Source of the DNA: Camelus ferus
Taxonomy: Eukaryota
Direction: 5' to 3'
NCBI RefSeq assembly: GCF_009834535.1
Contig: NC_045697.1
Span: 64,668,001-64,732,000 of the forward strand
Length of the DNA: 64,000 bases
Made by a program: the position numbers and the translations under genes. The notes beneath the pieces are model-generated. The model worked only from the letters and a program-made list of their open reading frames with translations, was not told the DNA's origin and searched no databases. Positions 1-14,099 of this stretch are shown here, piece by piece. Numbering within the stretch: the stretch's first letter is position 1; each line of letters opens with the position of its first letter.

Positions 1-309
1 TAGTAAAATGGGTTTTCGTCTTACTGCCAATAGTTTAAGAGAGCTTCATAGCATATTCTGCTTCCTCTCAAATGTAGGTGCCACTTATACTATGAAGATT
101 AATGAAAAAAGGAGCCTTTGGTTTTCTTTTTGAACACCTTTACCAAAGTCTCTATGTCAACATAATTAATGCTGAATGCCAGAATATATTTAAAAAAATT
201 CAGCGCAGTTGGAGAGTTTATTTACCTGATTGATGCATTTTTGGTATCACTTCTGCTATTTAAACACATAAGTAGATATTCTTTCAAAAACGTGAAGGTG
301 GCTAACTTT

Positions 310-520
310 TTCAGACAAGTCTGTAAGGAATTGTTAGAAACAGTAATAGCCAGAATCTGAGTTGGCTTAACCAAAGGTAAGTTATATCTGTTACACCTCA
401 TTTATTTCTTTGTTTATTTGTTTTTTTTTTTAATGATAGGATTGTGGTTTTTAAGCAAATGTAGTCAACATCACATATCTAGACTTTAGCAAGATGTGAT
501 TGCTCATCATCTATTGAAAA
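310..520 (+). mobile_element. Ancient CR1/L3 LINE RT-region remnant
   Basis: Degenerate resemblance to the CR1 RT segment (…ttggcttaaccaaaggtaagttatatct…cctcatt…; atatctagactttagcaag, i.e. YLDFSK). Confidence 0.45.
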
Positions 521-529
521 TATCTAATA

Positions 530-735
530 TTTATAAAAGGCTTATTATGTAGTTGACATTTCTAATTATTTCATATTTCTTAACTTATTTGATCTTGTCA
601 ACTGTTCTATGAAGTAGGTGATATTATTTTCTTCATTGTATGGAGTAAATTCAGGCCAAAAATAGCAGGTAGGTCATTTGAATCCCAGATTGTCTGGCCC
701 TCAAATTCAGGATTTTAACCACAATATTATATCCC
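530..735 (-). mobile_element. MIR SINE remnant
   Basis: MIR core-like sequences: acaactgttctatgaagtaggtgatattatt and tttgaatcccagattgtctggc. Confidence 0.55.
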
Positions 736-3199
736 AATCAATTGATAGTGATTGGATGCCATGAAATCTTTGCCTTTACCCTTCAAGTGCCATATCAGCA
801 TATAAAAGTGGAGGAAGACTTCTGTTAGGAGCTTTAGAGCTCTTGCCAGAATATTATCTTATTTGTTTGAAATCTTTATCAGTCATGAAGAGATTGAAGG
901 AACTTATATCATACTTGAAGGGTAAAGCTGAGAGAAAAAAGTTGATATGTTAAGTGACAGATGTGGGATACAAAAGGAGAAATGAGATAAATCCTAGAAT
1001 AATTGTAACAGGTATAAATATAAGGTACTATGATTGAATCCAGTCAACCAAGAAACAAGGAGAACATAAGGAAGAGCTGATTTAGGAACAAGTCATGCAT
1101 TTTAGGGATTTGAATAGAGGCTAGCCCTACTGTGGTTTAGTTCCCAAAAAGGTCAACTTAACGTTAGATAGGCTGCATTAATGTCTTACTTGATTTATTG
1201 AGTAGTTTTACCTTGTTAGGGCATAGTTCTGAATTTTTCCCCAATTAATATTTTTAGCTCTGATAATCATTTCCCATGCTTTAATGCCATTTGTATAAAT
1301 TTTACATTTTTTTCTAATCCATTATGTTATTAAAATTCAGTTAAAACTCTATTCTCAAATTTGATTTGAATTGTATGTTCTTCCCTCTCCCCTGTGTGGC
1401 CTTAAAGTGAGACAGTGATAGCTTAGAGTGGAAAGGAGGTAGATCATGGGCTGAGATACATGTCTCCCTCTTTATTTTTAAGGTATAACTACTCCAATGT
1501 GTAAACTCAGAGAGGAGAGAGCAGAAAGTGCTAAGTGTATCTTTATTCAACAGTTGCTACTATTGTTCTTTCTTTGCTTTGAAAACTTGTGTGTGGTTCT
1601 CTCCTGAGCCTCAATGTGAATTCTTTAGATGTACCCCACTATAAAGTTCTCTGATATGGAAGGCCCATTCTGAATCCAGGCTAGCCTTCATTAGAGGAAA
1701 CTCATAGCTATACCCTCAAAACCTCCTTGATTTGGGTATCATCTCATGTACCATTTAGTGACCTTAGCCCAGCTACATTTTGTGTTCACTTGACTCTTGG
1801 AAACTTAACCTATGACAACTGTCGGTGTTTACGCTGCTCCACAGTAATACCTTGCAAAGACTGAGGGACCACTTGGGTGAGATGCAGAGAATAGAAATCT
1901 CTGCATAAAGCAGAGGTTCTTAAATTTTGCCTGGTAACTTTTAAATTAATGGAGAGTCCTAGATTTCTTCTGTAGCACCCTTTTTTGGTTTCTATTCAGC
2001 AGACCTGTAAATCCTGAGAATGTTTTGTTATTTATTTTTTTACAACACCTCAGCTGGTCAGTAGGGCTTAGAAACAGTAAATTGGATTACTATATAGTAC
2101 TTACAATCCTAAGATTTCATATATTATTTATTTTCCTTAAATGAAATACTTTTATGATTGTGATATTATATTTAATATTTAAAAGTAACCATAATAAGTT
2201 CAGATATTAATATATTGAGTTTGCAAAAATAACTTTGCCTAAAATATATTGCAGTTCGTATTTATGTAATGATATGTTGCCTCAAGACCTCAAAGATAGA
2301 TTTGTTTTGTAGATATGGTTTCTTTCTGCTAGTGAAGTAAATTGAGTCAAGGGCTATGACCCCTTAGGGGAAAAAAAAAGATAGTGGAATTATCTTTAGA
2401 AATCTCTATGATAATACTTCCCAAGGCAAACTGTTGGTAGACCAGCTAATGGCAGATTGTGTGTATCTATGTGAGTGAAAGTCAGCTGAAGGTTGTCAGA
2501 TGTCCTTGTGTCAAAGGGTCTAAAGTGAGTCACACTAGAGTCCTTTTATATTTATTTTCCAAACCAAGTAGTAGTTGCTGTTTCCATTAGCCCACATAGT
2601 CCTATTATTTTCCCATCTTGCTTTATAAATAGCTGTTTCTTATACCACTTAACTTCTTGTTGAAAGATAATCAAATAATAACACATTTCTTAAATTTGGG
2701 ACCTCATGGCCAAGTAAAACTTATATGGAATGACTAGTCCACAGTTGTGTTTGGATAAGACTTCTCAGAGGAACAGCAATATTGATTTTAATTTTTAGTA
2801 AAATAATTTTGAAGATTTACTTTACTACACCCCTACCAGATTATACACTGACTAGTTAGAAAAATGGTACATTAGTAATTAATCCAATATGAAGACCAAC
2901 ATCTTAAAAAAATTTACGTGAATGGGAGAGAAATTAAAACATGAGAAATTCCTAAAATAAACAGAATTATTGAAATCAAATAAAAGTTGTAGTAAAAATT
3001 ATGTAAGGTTTAGTTGAGTGAAAAACTAACATAAACATATTTACATATTTTATTAAACATTTAAATTGACATCAAGGAACATTTTTATGTCAAAATAGTA
3101 AATAAAAATAATTTTCAATCTCATTTAAGCTCAACCATTGCCAAAATTCTGGGCTTCCATTTCTTCTATAATGTTTATTTGCAAAGATTATTGCAGTCA

Positions 3200-3960
3200 T
3201 AATGCTCAGGTAGTAGTCCCTTTCTATCAATTGAGATTTTATCATAAACATTTTCCACATTATTACTTAAAAACATAATTGTAAGTTGTTGTGCAACATT
3301 TTAATAGTTCACATGATTTAGTTAGTTATTCTTCTCACAATTCTCTATTATATATAGCTTCCTCTCTGATTTTGCTATTATGTATAGGACTGTTTTAGAG
3401 ATCTATATCCCTAGGGTATTATGCCATATGTTAGAATATTTCCTTAGGAAAGATAACCAGAAGTTGGACTATTAGGTTGAAGAGGCTAGACAATTTTAAG
3501 TTTCTTGTTTTATAATGCAGAATTGCTTTATTTAATTTATAGTACTGCTAGAAAGAGAGACAAACACCTAGTTCCCAAACTTACTAGTATTTGATGCTCA
3601 TTGTTTAATGATGTGGAATATGATACTTCATTGTTTTTCAGATTTTTGTAAAATATAAATTATTGGACTAGAGGAGATTAATGTTGAAAACTTTTTTCAT
3701 ATGTGGAAAATCCATTTGTATTTGTCTTGTACAAAATTTCTTTGCATATGCTCTTCTGGTTTTTACAATTGGAATTTTAGTATTTTTCTGATCATATATA
3801 GACTCTTTATAAAATAACAACCTTTTATCTGTCATAACTGCAAAAATATTGTTCCTATTTATTATTATTTTCACTGATCTATTGTACTTAAGATTTTACT
3901 TATAGTATGATCTCATCTTTCTGTATTTTTTTGCTGGAATATGTAACTTAACATAAATTC
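3200..3960 (-). mobile_element. Old L1M (L1ME-like) fragment
   Basis: Degenerate antisense L1 ORF2 3'/UTR motifs: atttccttaggaaagataaccagaagt, tgatacttcattgttttt, ccatttgtattt. Confidence 0.5.
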
Positions 3961-4384
3961 ATTGCTATATCAGAGAAGTCAGAAATCTATAAATTTTTCA
4001 TTAACTCTTTTCTACCATTATATTTAATTTTATGAGTCACAGCTTCAGAGCGCCAAAGGTTAGTGGATGTAATTTAGTCAGTGAGAAAAGCTGTTTCCTT
4101 GTGGGAAAGCACCTTTATCAAAGCATTTGGATCAAAGCTGGCTTTGAGTCTCAAGAAAGCAATTAGATTAAAGGAAAATTAGGATCTTGGCTCACAGTAT
4201 GAGCATGTAAAACATAATTCATCTTGATTCAGAGTTTTTAATCTTCCATCATTGGGTATCAAATATGTCACATAAGAAAAATAATTTCAGCTTTGTTTTC
4301 AGCTTTGCTAAGTTTGGTCACTATTTCTTAGAAGCAAAAGTTAAGTTCTCATATTGAAAGAGGAAGTAATTTTAGAGTTATTAT

Positions 4385-4409
4385 ACACACACACACACAC
4401 ACACACACA
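4385..4409. repeat. (CA)n microsatellite
   Basis: Read directly from the sequence. Confidence 0.95.
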
Positions 4410-4638
4410 ACTTCATCAAGGATAAAGTTATATTCTATTGATGTCTTATACTTTGACTTTCTACTTCGCCTATGTTGGTGCGTGACATGTGCAGAATCTA
4501 TAATTGTAGAATGAATGGTTAGATTTCCTACAATAAAATGTGAGAAGTCATTAAGCATTTCCTCACAATACCTTTAGGACTGCAAAAAGGCTTGCTTAGG
4601 AGTTGAAAAAGAAATAGAAAGAAAATGATATGCCCTGG

Positions 4639-4777
4639 AAAGAACAAACACAACTCAATGAGCAGTGAAAATCAATGAAGGCAAAAAAATGGTCCATTTT
4701 CACCTCGTTCATTTTCAGGGACAGGCCAGTTTTACTTCATTGATTTTCACTGCTCATTGAGTTGTGTTCTGTTCTTT
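4639..4777. repeat. Inverted repeat/hairpin with perfect 34-bp arms
   Basis: 4647-4680 aacacaactcaatgagcagtgaaaatcaatgaag is the exact reverse complement of 4735-4768. Pairing extends 8 bp further past a 1-nt bulge. The spacer is 54 nt. Confidence 0.95.
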
Positions 4778-6709
4778 GGTTGTGGTCTATTCTCTGTTTT
4801 TTCAGTTTTACTTTTGTGTTTTATTTTAAACTGTGATTGTCCTGAGATAGGCTTTGACGGCAGAGTTTTAGCTCAGTGAGACCATTTTTGCTTACTTGAT
4901 TTTTCTCTAGGTAGTTTCATTACTTTTTAATATTTTGTTAATGGTATTTTTCAGAAGAATTTCCTATAAATATTTATTTTCTTTATTTTGATCTGTTAAT
5001 CAGGTTTTTATGGGGGAAAAAGATTCTATAAAATTGAAAGTGAAAAGTAAAATTATTTAAGTTTGTTAGTGTAACCAGATTTGTAGTGTAATTCAAATGA
5101 AGAATTCCTTTCTGTTCAGTCCACACATAAAAAAAATTTTATCAAGCATATGTTCAGCACCATGTATACAGTGCACTTTTGTAGTTGCCAGGTATCATAA
5201 TTCATATAGGTTCAGCTCAAAGAAGTCTGAAGTTATAATTCTGGTTTCTGGGAATTAGAGAGACTTGAACTGGAGAGACTGACATGACTTTGGAGCTGAC
5301 AAAGAAAGAATGGATAGTGGTCCAGATCACAGCACCTCCAGGTAATTGGAGAATAAGTATTTGAGTCAGACTGATGAATTCTGGGTGTGTCATGAAAGTA
5401 GATTCTTCTGAGTATTAATGATATTCATTATGTTATCAAAACTTGTCTATGTTCACTCTGGATTTAGGAGGGATTCATCTAGAGGTTTGAAGGCAGAAAA
5501 AGTAGGAGCCAATATTTTGAAAGATAAAATCGAATGAAATAAATTATTTGGCCAGTAGGCATTTGCAGTTTTGTAAAGTATATAAATCATTTACAACATA
5601 TAGACATATGCATGTAGTAGAGTTACAATAAGGTGCAGTCACTTCCTGAGTTTTTATGATGTACTCAGGGTAGAAATAATAAATTATGTTAAAATATAAA
5701 ATTTGATAAATGTATAGTAAAAGTGGAGGCAAATCTTGCCCATGTTATGAGAAGAGGAAATCCATTTCAGCAAATGCATGAATGACCATTTTATACAGGA
5801 GCTCAACTTTGGTCTCAGGCTTAAATTATGACTTAATTGGCAATCTGGAGCATTCCAGGTTGAAAAAAGACAGTTAATTCATGGAAACTAGGATATGGAG
5901 GAATATATTTTCAGAATAATTCCATTTGTCTCAAATTTAAAAATAGCTGAAGTATTTATTTTTAAGTATTGAAAAATTAGGCCTTGGAAGGGCCTAGAAA
6001 GATGAGATAGAGGTGTTTGGATTTTAGTATAACCACAGATGAAGTACTAAGGCAAAGCCAGGATTAAGTTATCTTGTATTCTGCTTTCTCACTTTTGTAG
6101 CCATGTTGTTCTGTGAATGTGAGACTTCTACTAGTCATGATTGAGTTTCTTTGTATTCATTCATTCAGTTCATTATCTATTCATAACTGTTATCTGCCAT
6201 AAGGACTTTGTAGTACAAAAGACAGCTACAGTCTTCTCTCATGGAACTTATAATAGTAGAAAGCTGCTTTTATATCCTTGGCTACCAAATGTAGATACCC
6301 TGAAAGTGAAAGTTTTAATAGAAATAATAATGGTTGTGTCACATAACTGTCCTTTATAGCACATCTGGAAATATTCTTTGTTAACAGTATCAACATTGCC
6401 TTATGAACATGCTTTGGTTAGCAAATTTAATAAGAGTAAATTAACCTTTGTTTCTCCAGGTTGTTATTGCAAGTTTTAATGAAGCATTCTGTGTGATTTT
6501 AAAATATAAAATTAAGAATAATACACATTAACACGAATGTGTGAAAAACACATAGAGAGGAAGTACTTAATCATGTCATGTTTTGCAAGTTACTACCTAC
6601 CCATTTATAAGCAGTTTTCAGAGCTGTATATATATATCTGTTCATCTCTTTATCTATATATTTGTCTGTCTACTTGTGAATATGTGGTATATGTATTTGT
6701 ATGCGTATA

Positions 6710-7176
6710 TGTTAGATATTATCCTCTGAAAAGCAAATTTCATGTTCAAACTAGTTATGAAGAGATTTATTGGGGAAATGCCTGTAAAGGAAGAAGGGAA
6801 ATAATCCAGAGGAGGTGGGGAGAACTATCAGACCGTGATGCAGGTATGATCCCTGGGAAGGAAGAAGGGAAGGAAAGAGAAGGGGAGAAGGGTTCGATTG
6901 GCAGAATTTTGGATGCAGTAGAGTTCATAGAAAATTTTAGCCAGATCATTGGGGAGTCCTTGTACCAAAGTTGCCTGTCACAAGGGGTTTTGCATTTTTC
7001 AGGAAAGGGCCTGCCTTAGTAATCCTGCCCTGTTCAGTCATTAGGTGAGACTAGTCCATGGGTATCATGGCCTCAGCAAAAATACAGCGGTGGGTTCTAG
7101 AACCCTGCAGTGGGGCTGTTGGTCACATGGTCCCAATGGCAGGAAATTTTGGAGGTGCATTTTCATGGATACCACA
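6710..7176 (-). mobile_element. MaLR solo LTR (MLT1-family)
   Basis: Minus strand begins tgtggtatccatgaaaatgcacctcc. The poly(A) signal is seen on + as gatttattgggg, and ctatcagaccgtgatgcagg is MLT1-like. Confidence 0.7.
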
Positions 7177-8639
7177 AAATACATACATATAAACATACAT
7201 ATATGTATATATGTATGTGTGTCTACAAATATTTTTAAAATGTACATGTATTTCCTCAAAATGAATTATTAATGAATATTTTGAGTATTAATATTTAATG
7301 AATACATTTTATTAGTACATCTTTTTTTACTAATGTGTTAAGATTTTCATACAGCATTATCTCCTATATCAAAGGATATAAAGACACAGTAACGGCCAGC
7401 TGAGTTCATTGTTGGAGACAATTACCTAGTCTTTGTGAATGACTTTTAGCACCCAGAAATGAAATGTTACAGCTTATAGTTTAATGTTCTTCTCAAATTT
7501 TAATTCATCTTTTATAAGAAGAAAATATTTAAGATATGTATAGGAGCCTTTTTTAATACTCCATAACTTTGCAAAGCTAAATTATACTGCCCTTGCAAAA
7601 ATTAAGACCACTGACTGTTTCTTGCTTAATGAAATCAAAATAATGATTATGAGCCAAAGACAATATTACAGAACTGAATATAATTGCCAATATGTATGCA
7701 TTAAGCTACAGGATGCACACTTTGGCCACAACCAAAACATAATTAGGTTTCTCAGAAATACATCCAAGTGTTTAAGAAAAGCAGTACTAATATCACAATG
7801 GTACACAAGCATATAAATGGTGTGACTTTGAGGAATATAGCGGATGGCAAATTATGTATTCTTTAGTAGTAGTAGTAAAATTAGAGTGACTAGACAAGTC
7901 ATAAAAATATTTTTTTGTACATTAAAACAACAACAAAAATAGTTTGTGTCTTTTTTCCACTTATTGGTCACCTGACTTCCTAACTGTTACTTATTACTTG
8001 ATATAGAGAGGAGCAGGTGGAAGTGGGCATTAGGCACAGCAATAAATTTGGTCAGTACCTTGTATGTTTCTTGATATGAATTTTTTCAAACTTTGAGAAC
8101 CTAACTAGTGATTCTCCATAGAAATATAGTTTTATTAGTAAAGAGAAGCATAAGCATAGCTAAAAGTCTATTATGTTTATCCCTAAGAAAAAGTTACATG
8201 AGTCTTTTATATACACAGATGCCATAGTTTCATATAGCATGGGGAACATTCACATCGAATCTGCACTTCTACAGTGTCTCTGGATCACTTTTCAGTTATT
8301 CACATTTTTTGTGGGTTACATAAAACCTCACAAAACACAGCATGATGGTGTTACAAAGTAAATCCTTTCTAAAATGTTGACTTTTAAATGTCATTTAATA
8401 TATTTTTTCCTAAATGGTTTAGATTCCACTATGCTTCTAGCCATCAATATTTTACAACTTCATGATTAAGGAATGAAAATTATTGCTGCTTTTTATGGTA
8501 CTACCTTAAATATCTATTAATTGAAACAACTTTGAAGGAAATTATTTCTTTGTTATAGTCAGTAAAACAAGTAGAAAAAGCCTGAAAGAGCTCATTTCTT
8601 TGAAGGGCACTGGAATTTTTGTGAAGGAAAAAAAATCAT

Positions 8640-9150
8640 ACCTCATTTTAAAAATTTGGAGTAATATTTTAATTCATTTATTCAAAAGGATTCATGAGTT
8701 TTACAGGCAAAATACTTCTTATCTACTAGTTCTAGGTAAACAATAGAAACATTTTCCTGCCTTTGTGAAACTTGTATTCCAGTATTGTATTAACCAAAAA
8801 AGTTTATTTTCTAGTACTCATATTCTGCAAGCAGTCTACACACAGAATTGAATTTAATTGCAGCTGGGAAGTACGTAGGAAAGAAAAATACAGGATGTCA
8901 GGAAAGCTTATAATTCAGAAACTAGACCTACTCTTGGGCCAGAGGAGGTGTTCTTGGGGGCTTGGTGTTGAAGCAGAAATCTGGAGAATGAGAAGTCAAC
9001 AGCAGGAGAAGCAGTGCAGGAAGAGTGTTTCAGTGAGAAGGAATAGAAAAATGTAAGAACATCCTTGAGGAAAAGAGGAAGACCGTTGTGACTGGGGCTT
9101 CGATAGCTAGCACTAACGACGAGAAATGAGGCTGGAGAAAGGGGTAGGGC
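8640..9150 (-). mobile_element. L2 LINE remnant
   Basis: L2 3' end motif ttcatttattca followed by a purine-rich L2 body (aagagtgtttcagtgagaaggaatag, aaatgaggctggaga). Confidence 0.5.
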
Positions 9151-10199
9151 GTCTCTGAATGTGTGTAACTAATTAAGAGTAAACTTCACGTGATTTTGTT
9201 ATACTTGGGGGCCTTAATAACCTTTAGGTCACTTTCTGATACCAGAATGTAATAGTAAATTATATGCTCTTATATATGATACATAAGATATATATTTTTT
9301 TCTTTTTAACAACAAATTGCTGCCACCTCATACATTAAAAAATTCTTAGTGAGCAATTTTATAAAAATTGTATCCTTTGCATAGTTCACTTATCTTATTG
9401 ACTTGGAAATGAGTTACATCAGTTCGTGGATGATACATCAGAAATTTAGAACTTTTTCCCATCTTTCCAAGTTCCTAGATTATATTGCAATGAAAAGTTT
9501 TCTTTCTAAAGTGCTAAAGGTGTTTCTCAACGGAAGCAATAAAATGAACTTTTTTGGCAGCTCTCCCAGAAAAAAAAATTATCCCTCTAGCATTTTTGGA
9601 AATGAGCAGGGAAAAATTATAAATAATCTGAAATAAACTCACGTTAGAGGCTTATATGAAATGTTATATGGTGTGTATTGAGAAGCACGTTTTCTTCCAT
9701 AATACCTTTAGGATTTTGTGGCTCTTTAAGAATGGGAAAAGGTGCTACCATAACAAGTTTGGCATTAACATCCAGTTCTACACTGAAAAATCTTGAGAAA
9801 TTGTATATATCAGCTTGAAATCTACTTTAAAAATGAGACCTAATAAGTGGGAGAATGGTAGGGTTTGATTATGAAATCTTTTCTTTCCACTAAATTCAAA
9901 ACTGACAATATTGGTGCCCACTGAATACACTAGGAGAATTCTCCACAGGAGAATGCAACTCAGAGGAAAAAGTCAGACAGAGATCTCCAAAAATCACCTT
10001 ACATTAATGAAAAAGGAAAGGTATGTGTGAAGTGTGGCTCTAAAGAAAAGTATCTAGTTTGTGTGTCACTTTTGGGATCTCTGTCATGTTCTAACATTTA
10101 TAACTTACACGTGGAATAACAAACAATTTGTAAATTGTAGCAATATGTAAAATAACATACATTTAATACAGATTCAGTTTCCTTTCCTCACTACCTCTA

Positions 10200-10815
10200 C
10201 CCTGGCTTGTTATGCTAACCCTTAACTAGTCATTCAATTTCTTTTATCTCACTGTTACCTAAATTAGACACTCATTAGTTATTCTTTTTAAATCACAGTT
10301 ATGTTAAGCAAGATTTGTACCTAAAATCCTTTAATAATTCTCTTCTATCTTATATGTTAGGTATTAATACATCTTCCTGTCTTCAACCTATTTTTCTAGG
10401 CTTATTTTCCACACTCTCTTAACTGACGTGAACCTCCCACTACTGTCTGTATATATTCCATGTTTTCTTACCTTCAGGCTTTTGATCACATTGTTTTTCC
10501 TGCTCTGTTGTTTTATTTTCCCTCTGTTTACTTTCCTTTACCACCCCCATTTCAGACTATTCTTTAAAGCCAAGTTCAAGTGACTTGAACTCCATGAGTT
10601 CATTGCTTATCCTCAAGGGAAGTGATTGTCTTTTTCTCATCAGAGAATTCTTTATGATACATTAGTTATACTTCTCTTATAGCACCTATCACATTTTCTA
10701 TTGCATTATTTCTGTCTGTCTGCTAGATTATAAGGAACTTGAAGGAGAAGATTATGTCTGAGGCATTTAGCTCAATGCCTTGTATAGTAAATATGCATAG
10801 AATTAATGAATAAAT
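10200..10815 (+). mobile_element. L2 LINE remnant (3' end)
   Basis: ctagattataaggaacttgaagg…tgccttgtatagtaaat…aatgaataaa is a typical L2 tail. Confidence 0.6.
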
Positions 10816-11589
10816 ATACAAAGTGTAAAAATGTATTGCTTCCATATGCATCAGGATAATGCAGACTTCATCTATATACACAAATCAGGTTGAGTATTTA
10901 GTTGATATGAAGAAGGAGTGTTTCATTAGTATTAATTTGCTTATTCATTCATTAAATTTTTTTTCCACAGGCTTTTGTTAAGGATTGGCTTTGTTAGGAA
11001 CAGTATGTGTGTAGTTTGTGAATTCAAGACTGATATGAAACTTTAGCTGAGTTTTTTGAGAACTGTGGCATTTGCTTTCAAGAGAGAAGACATAAGAGCA
11101 TAAGCAGAAAACATAAAAGAAATTAACTTCAAAACTTATTTGTGATGAGCCTTTATCAGTCTGTATAAAGGAGTTTATGTTAAACTCTTGCCCCTTCCTC
11201 TTAAAGAAATGTCTCTACTGCAAATTTCCATTGCTATGAAATGAGAAATAATAATTTCTGCCTTGTAATATTGTTTTTTGCAAATAATTTCAGCACCTAG
11301 AATAAATTAAGCTATTTTTCAGTACGAAGTGAAGACAGAAAGGGAAGTGATGAAATAAGTCATGAACTGTGCAGTAGAAAAGCCTGAATGACTTTTCTTT
11401 CAGCACAATTTGTGTATTTGAGCTATGTATGCCAAAAAGTTCTGGCTAAAAAATGGTCATGTCTTTTCTTTTTAGCATGGAAATGAAATGCTCTGCCTTT
11501 AATTTTTTTCATTTTATTTCCAGAATAAACACTTAGGGAAGCAAAGTTTTGCAAAACTGATAGTCTCTATGCTAGAATAGTGACATTCC

Positions 11590-11725
11590 GATAAAGCTGA
11601 ATTGAATGACTCAAGTTCTAGTCTTGGGTCAGCCACTGAATTAAATCTGTGATCTTGGTCAATCCAACTAAATGCTTTCTACCTCCAAAATCTTATTTGC
11701 GAAATTTGAGGATTAGTCTTTAATC
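11590..11725 (+). mobile_element. MIR SINE remnant
   Basis: MIR core: agttctagtcttgggtcagccact…tgtgatcttggtcaa. Confidence 0.55.
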
Positions 11726-12944
11726 ATAATTTTTTGACCTGCTCTGAGGAGTCTCTGTGGCTCACAGAGTCCCTTTAGGAACTACTTGCCAAGAAGGAGA
11801 GGCCTAGTGTGCCAGGCACCAGCAGTTTTAGTATTGGTTCTTGTCTTCTATTTTCATTATATATTATAATGCCCTTTATAATATGTTTTGTGGCAGAAAC
11901 CAAAGCAACATAAAAATAGTTCTCTGGATTGAATCATTCATGGATTTCATACATCAATAATCTTAATTTTTACCTCTCTAGGTAGCATGGATAGTGGCAG
12001 GTAAATATAATTATCAGTTTGTTCATTTTATTCACTCATCAAAAATTTATTTGTATGAGAAGTTCACTACATGTCACTGTCTGTGTCTGTTATGGAAATT
12101 CAGGGGCCACAGAGTTCAAAACCTGGTGGGGAAGACAAATACGCAAATACCTAAGGGAGAAGAAAATCCATGTGGTGAGTGTTGTGCCAGAAGCGTGGAT
12201 AAAATGACTCATGTGCTGGAACAACATGCTTCATGTGCTTCGTGCACCTGGCACGTGAAGAGGCCATGATAGCAGACTGCTGCAAGTTTGTTTTAATTCC
12301 AGTGATAGCACGTTCTGTTTTGGAACTGAAGCACTTTTAATTTCAAGACTATTGATTTTAAAGCAAATGCCTGAAGAAATGTTATGTTTGAAAACATTTT
12401 ATTTAAAAAACATCCTCACTTATTTATATGTTACTGATTGTAATGCAAAAAGCCTTTACAAAAAGAGCCTTAAACCACATAACTTAAAGCCCATAGGTTG
12501 TACGAAGCACAGAGATTGTGATGATGGAAGCATAAAAATGGAAATGGATATAATTGCTATAACTAATTCACTACATAAATGTGTATGTCAGTATCCAAGT
12601 GCCATATCCATGAACACATGAATGCTCTTGAATATACTGTAGATTAGAATAACTTAGTAGTGTCAAATGGTAATGTTTAAACACGCTAAACACTGCTCGC
12701 AATCTGCCTTTACTTGAACAACCTCAAAGTGAAAAAGTACTCTTGTATGAAAAAAGAAATATAAACGGCCATTTTTCTGCTTTCCAGAATCTTAGGTTTC
12801 TGTTGGTTACCCATTGCAATTGGTCTTTTTGCCATTCTATTCTTTTTTTCTATAAGCTTTGAGCTTTATTCTACCAAATATGTGACTTCACACACTTTGC
12901 CTACCACAGATTTTATTCTGTGGTAATTGAAATGTATATTTGCC

Positions 12945-13305
12945 TGTGATGGTTAATTTTATGTGTCAATGTAATGAGGTTATAAGACTCAGGTATTTGA
13001 TCAAACATTATAAATGTTTCTGGGGATGCATCTTTGGGTGAGATTAACATTTAAATCAGTAAATTTGGGGGTAAATCAAATTAGTCTCAATAAATGTGGG
13101 TGGGCCTCATTCAGTCAGTTGAAGGGCTTCATAGGGAAAGATTGACTTACAAAGAAGAAGAGGAAATTCTGCTAGCAGATACCTTTGGACTCAAATTGCA
13201 AGTTTTACTTTTGTTTCCAGCCTGCTAGCATACCCAGCAGATTTTGGACTTGTTAAGCTTCCACAAATGAGTGAGCCAGTTTCTTAAATAAGTCTCTCTC
13301 CGTAT

Positions 13306-13362
<57 letters not shown>

Positions 13363-13420
13363 GTGTGTGTGTGTATGCATCCTCTTGGCTCTGTTTCTCT
13401 GGAGAAATCTGACTAATCTG
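12945..13420 (+). mobile_element. ERVL solo LTR (MLT2-family) with internal (TG)n
   Basis: Starts tgtgatggttaattttatgtgtcaa, contains gtgggtgggcctcattcagtcagttgaaggg and ends tctgtttctctggagaaatctgactaat. (TG)n lies at 13308-13373. Confidence 0.9.
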
Positions 13421-14099
13421 ACTGCTTTAAAGTCTGTAGGGTACTGACCATGTTATAATATTTTGAACTAAAAAATTTGCCCCAAGCCAGAAAATCATTC
13501 AGTTTAATATGTGATATGATATAATGATGTAGATACTAAAAAGGCAAATACAGTACGATCAAAATTATAGAGTGAGTAGGTATTTTTCCAGAAGCAAAAT
13601 ACAGTGGTGTGAATATGTAGGCCAGTTAAGTACTCAGTAGTCTTATTTACAGACGATTCCCTGAACTGTGTTACAATTCTCAGAAAAGACTATGCAGCCT
13701 CTCCTTACTTTTCCTCTTCCTGAACACCATGGAGACAGGCCCAGATATTGGTTTAAAAGTTCCGTAAGATTTAAGTGGTAAAATTTGAGAATTAGTGACG
13801 TAATTCATCTGTAATAAAGAAGAATTGACTTCCAGGTTAGATAACTCTATGATTGTAATTTATGATCATTCATAAGTTATTAAGTTTAATTCCAAAATAA
13901 TTTTTACATTTACTGATGCTATATTTACATTCACTTGTCTTATTCAGACATTTAGTGGAAATAGAGTTATATTAAGTTTTCAAATTCCTAGAATAAGCAG
14001 GGCTCATTTGAAATTCTGAACTCTAAATTTAAAATAATTTTTCTGAAATTTTTTTTCTGAATTTAGTAAATTTAATTGTTTTTTTAAACATTTGATGTA

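Noticed and set aside
6537..7019. 160-aa ORF (longest in window)
   Set aside because: It runs through low-complexity sequence and an MLT1 LTR, with no protein-like features.
10573..10591. Short palindrome agttcaagt-g-acttgaact
   Set aside because: The 9-bp arms lie inside an L2 remnant and are near chance expectation.
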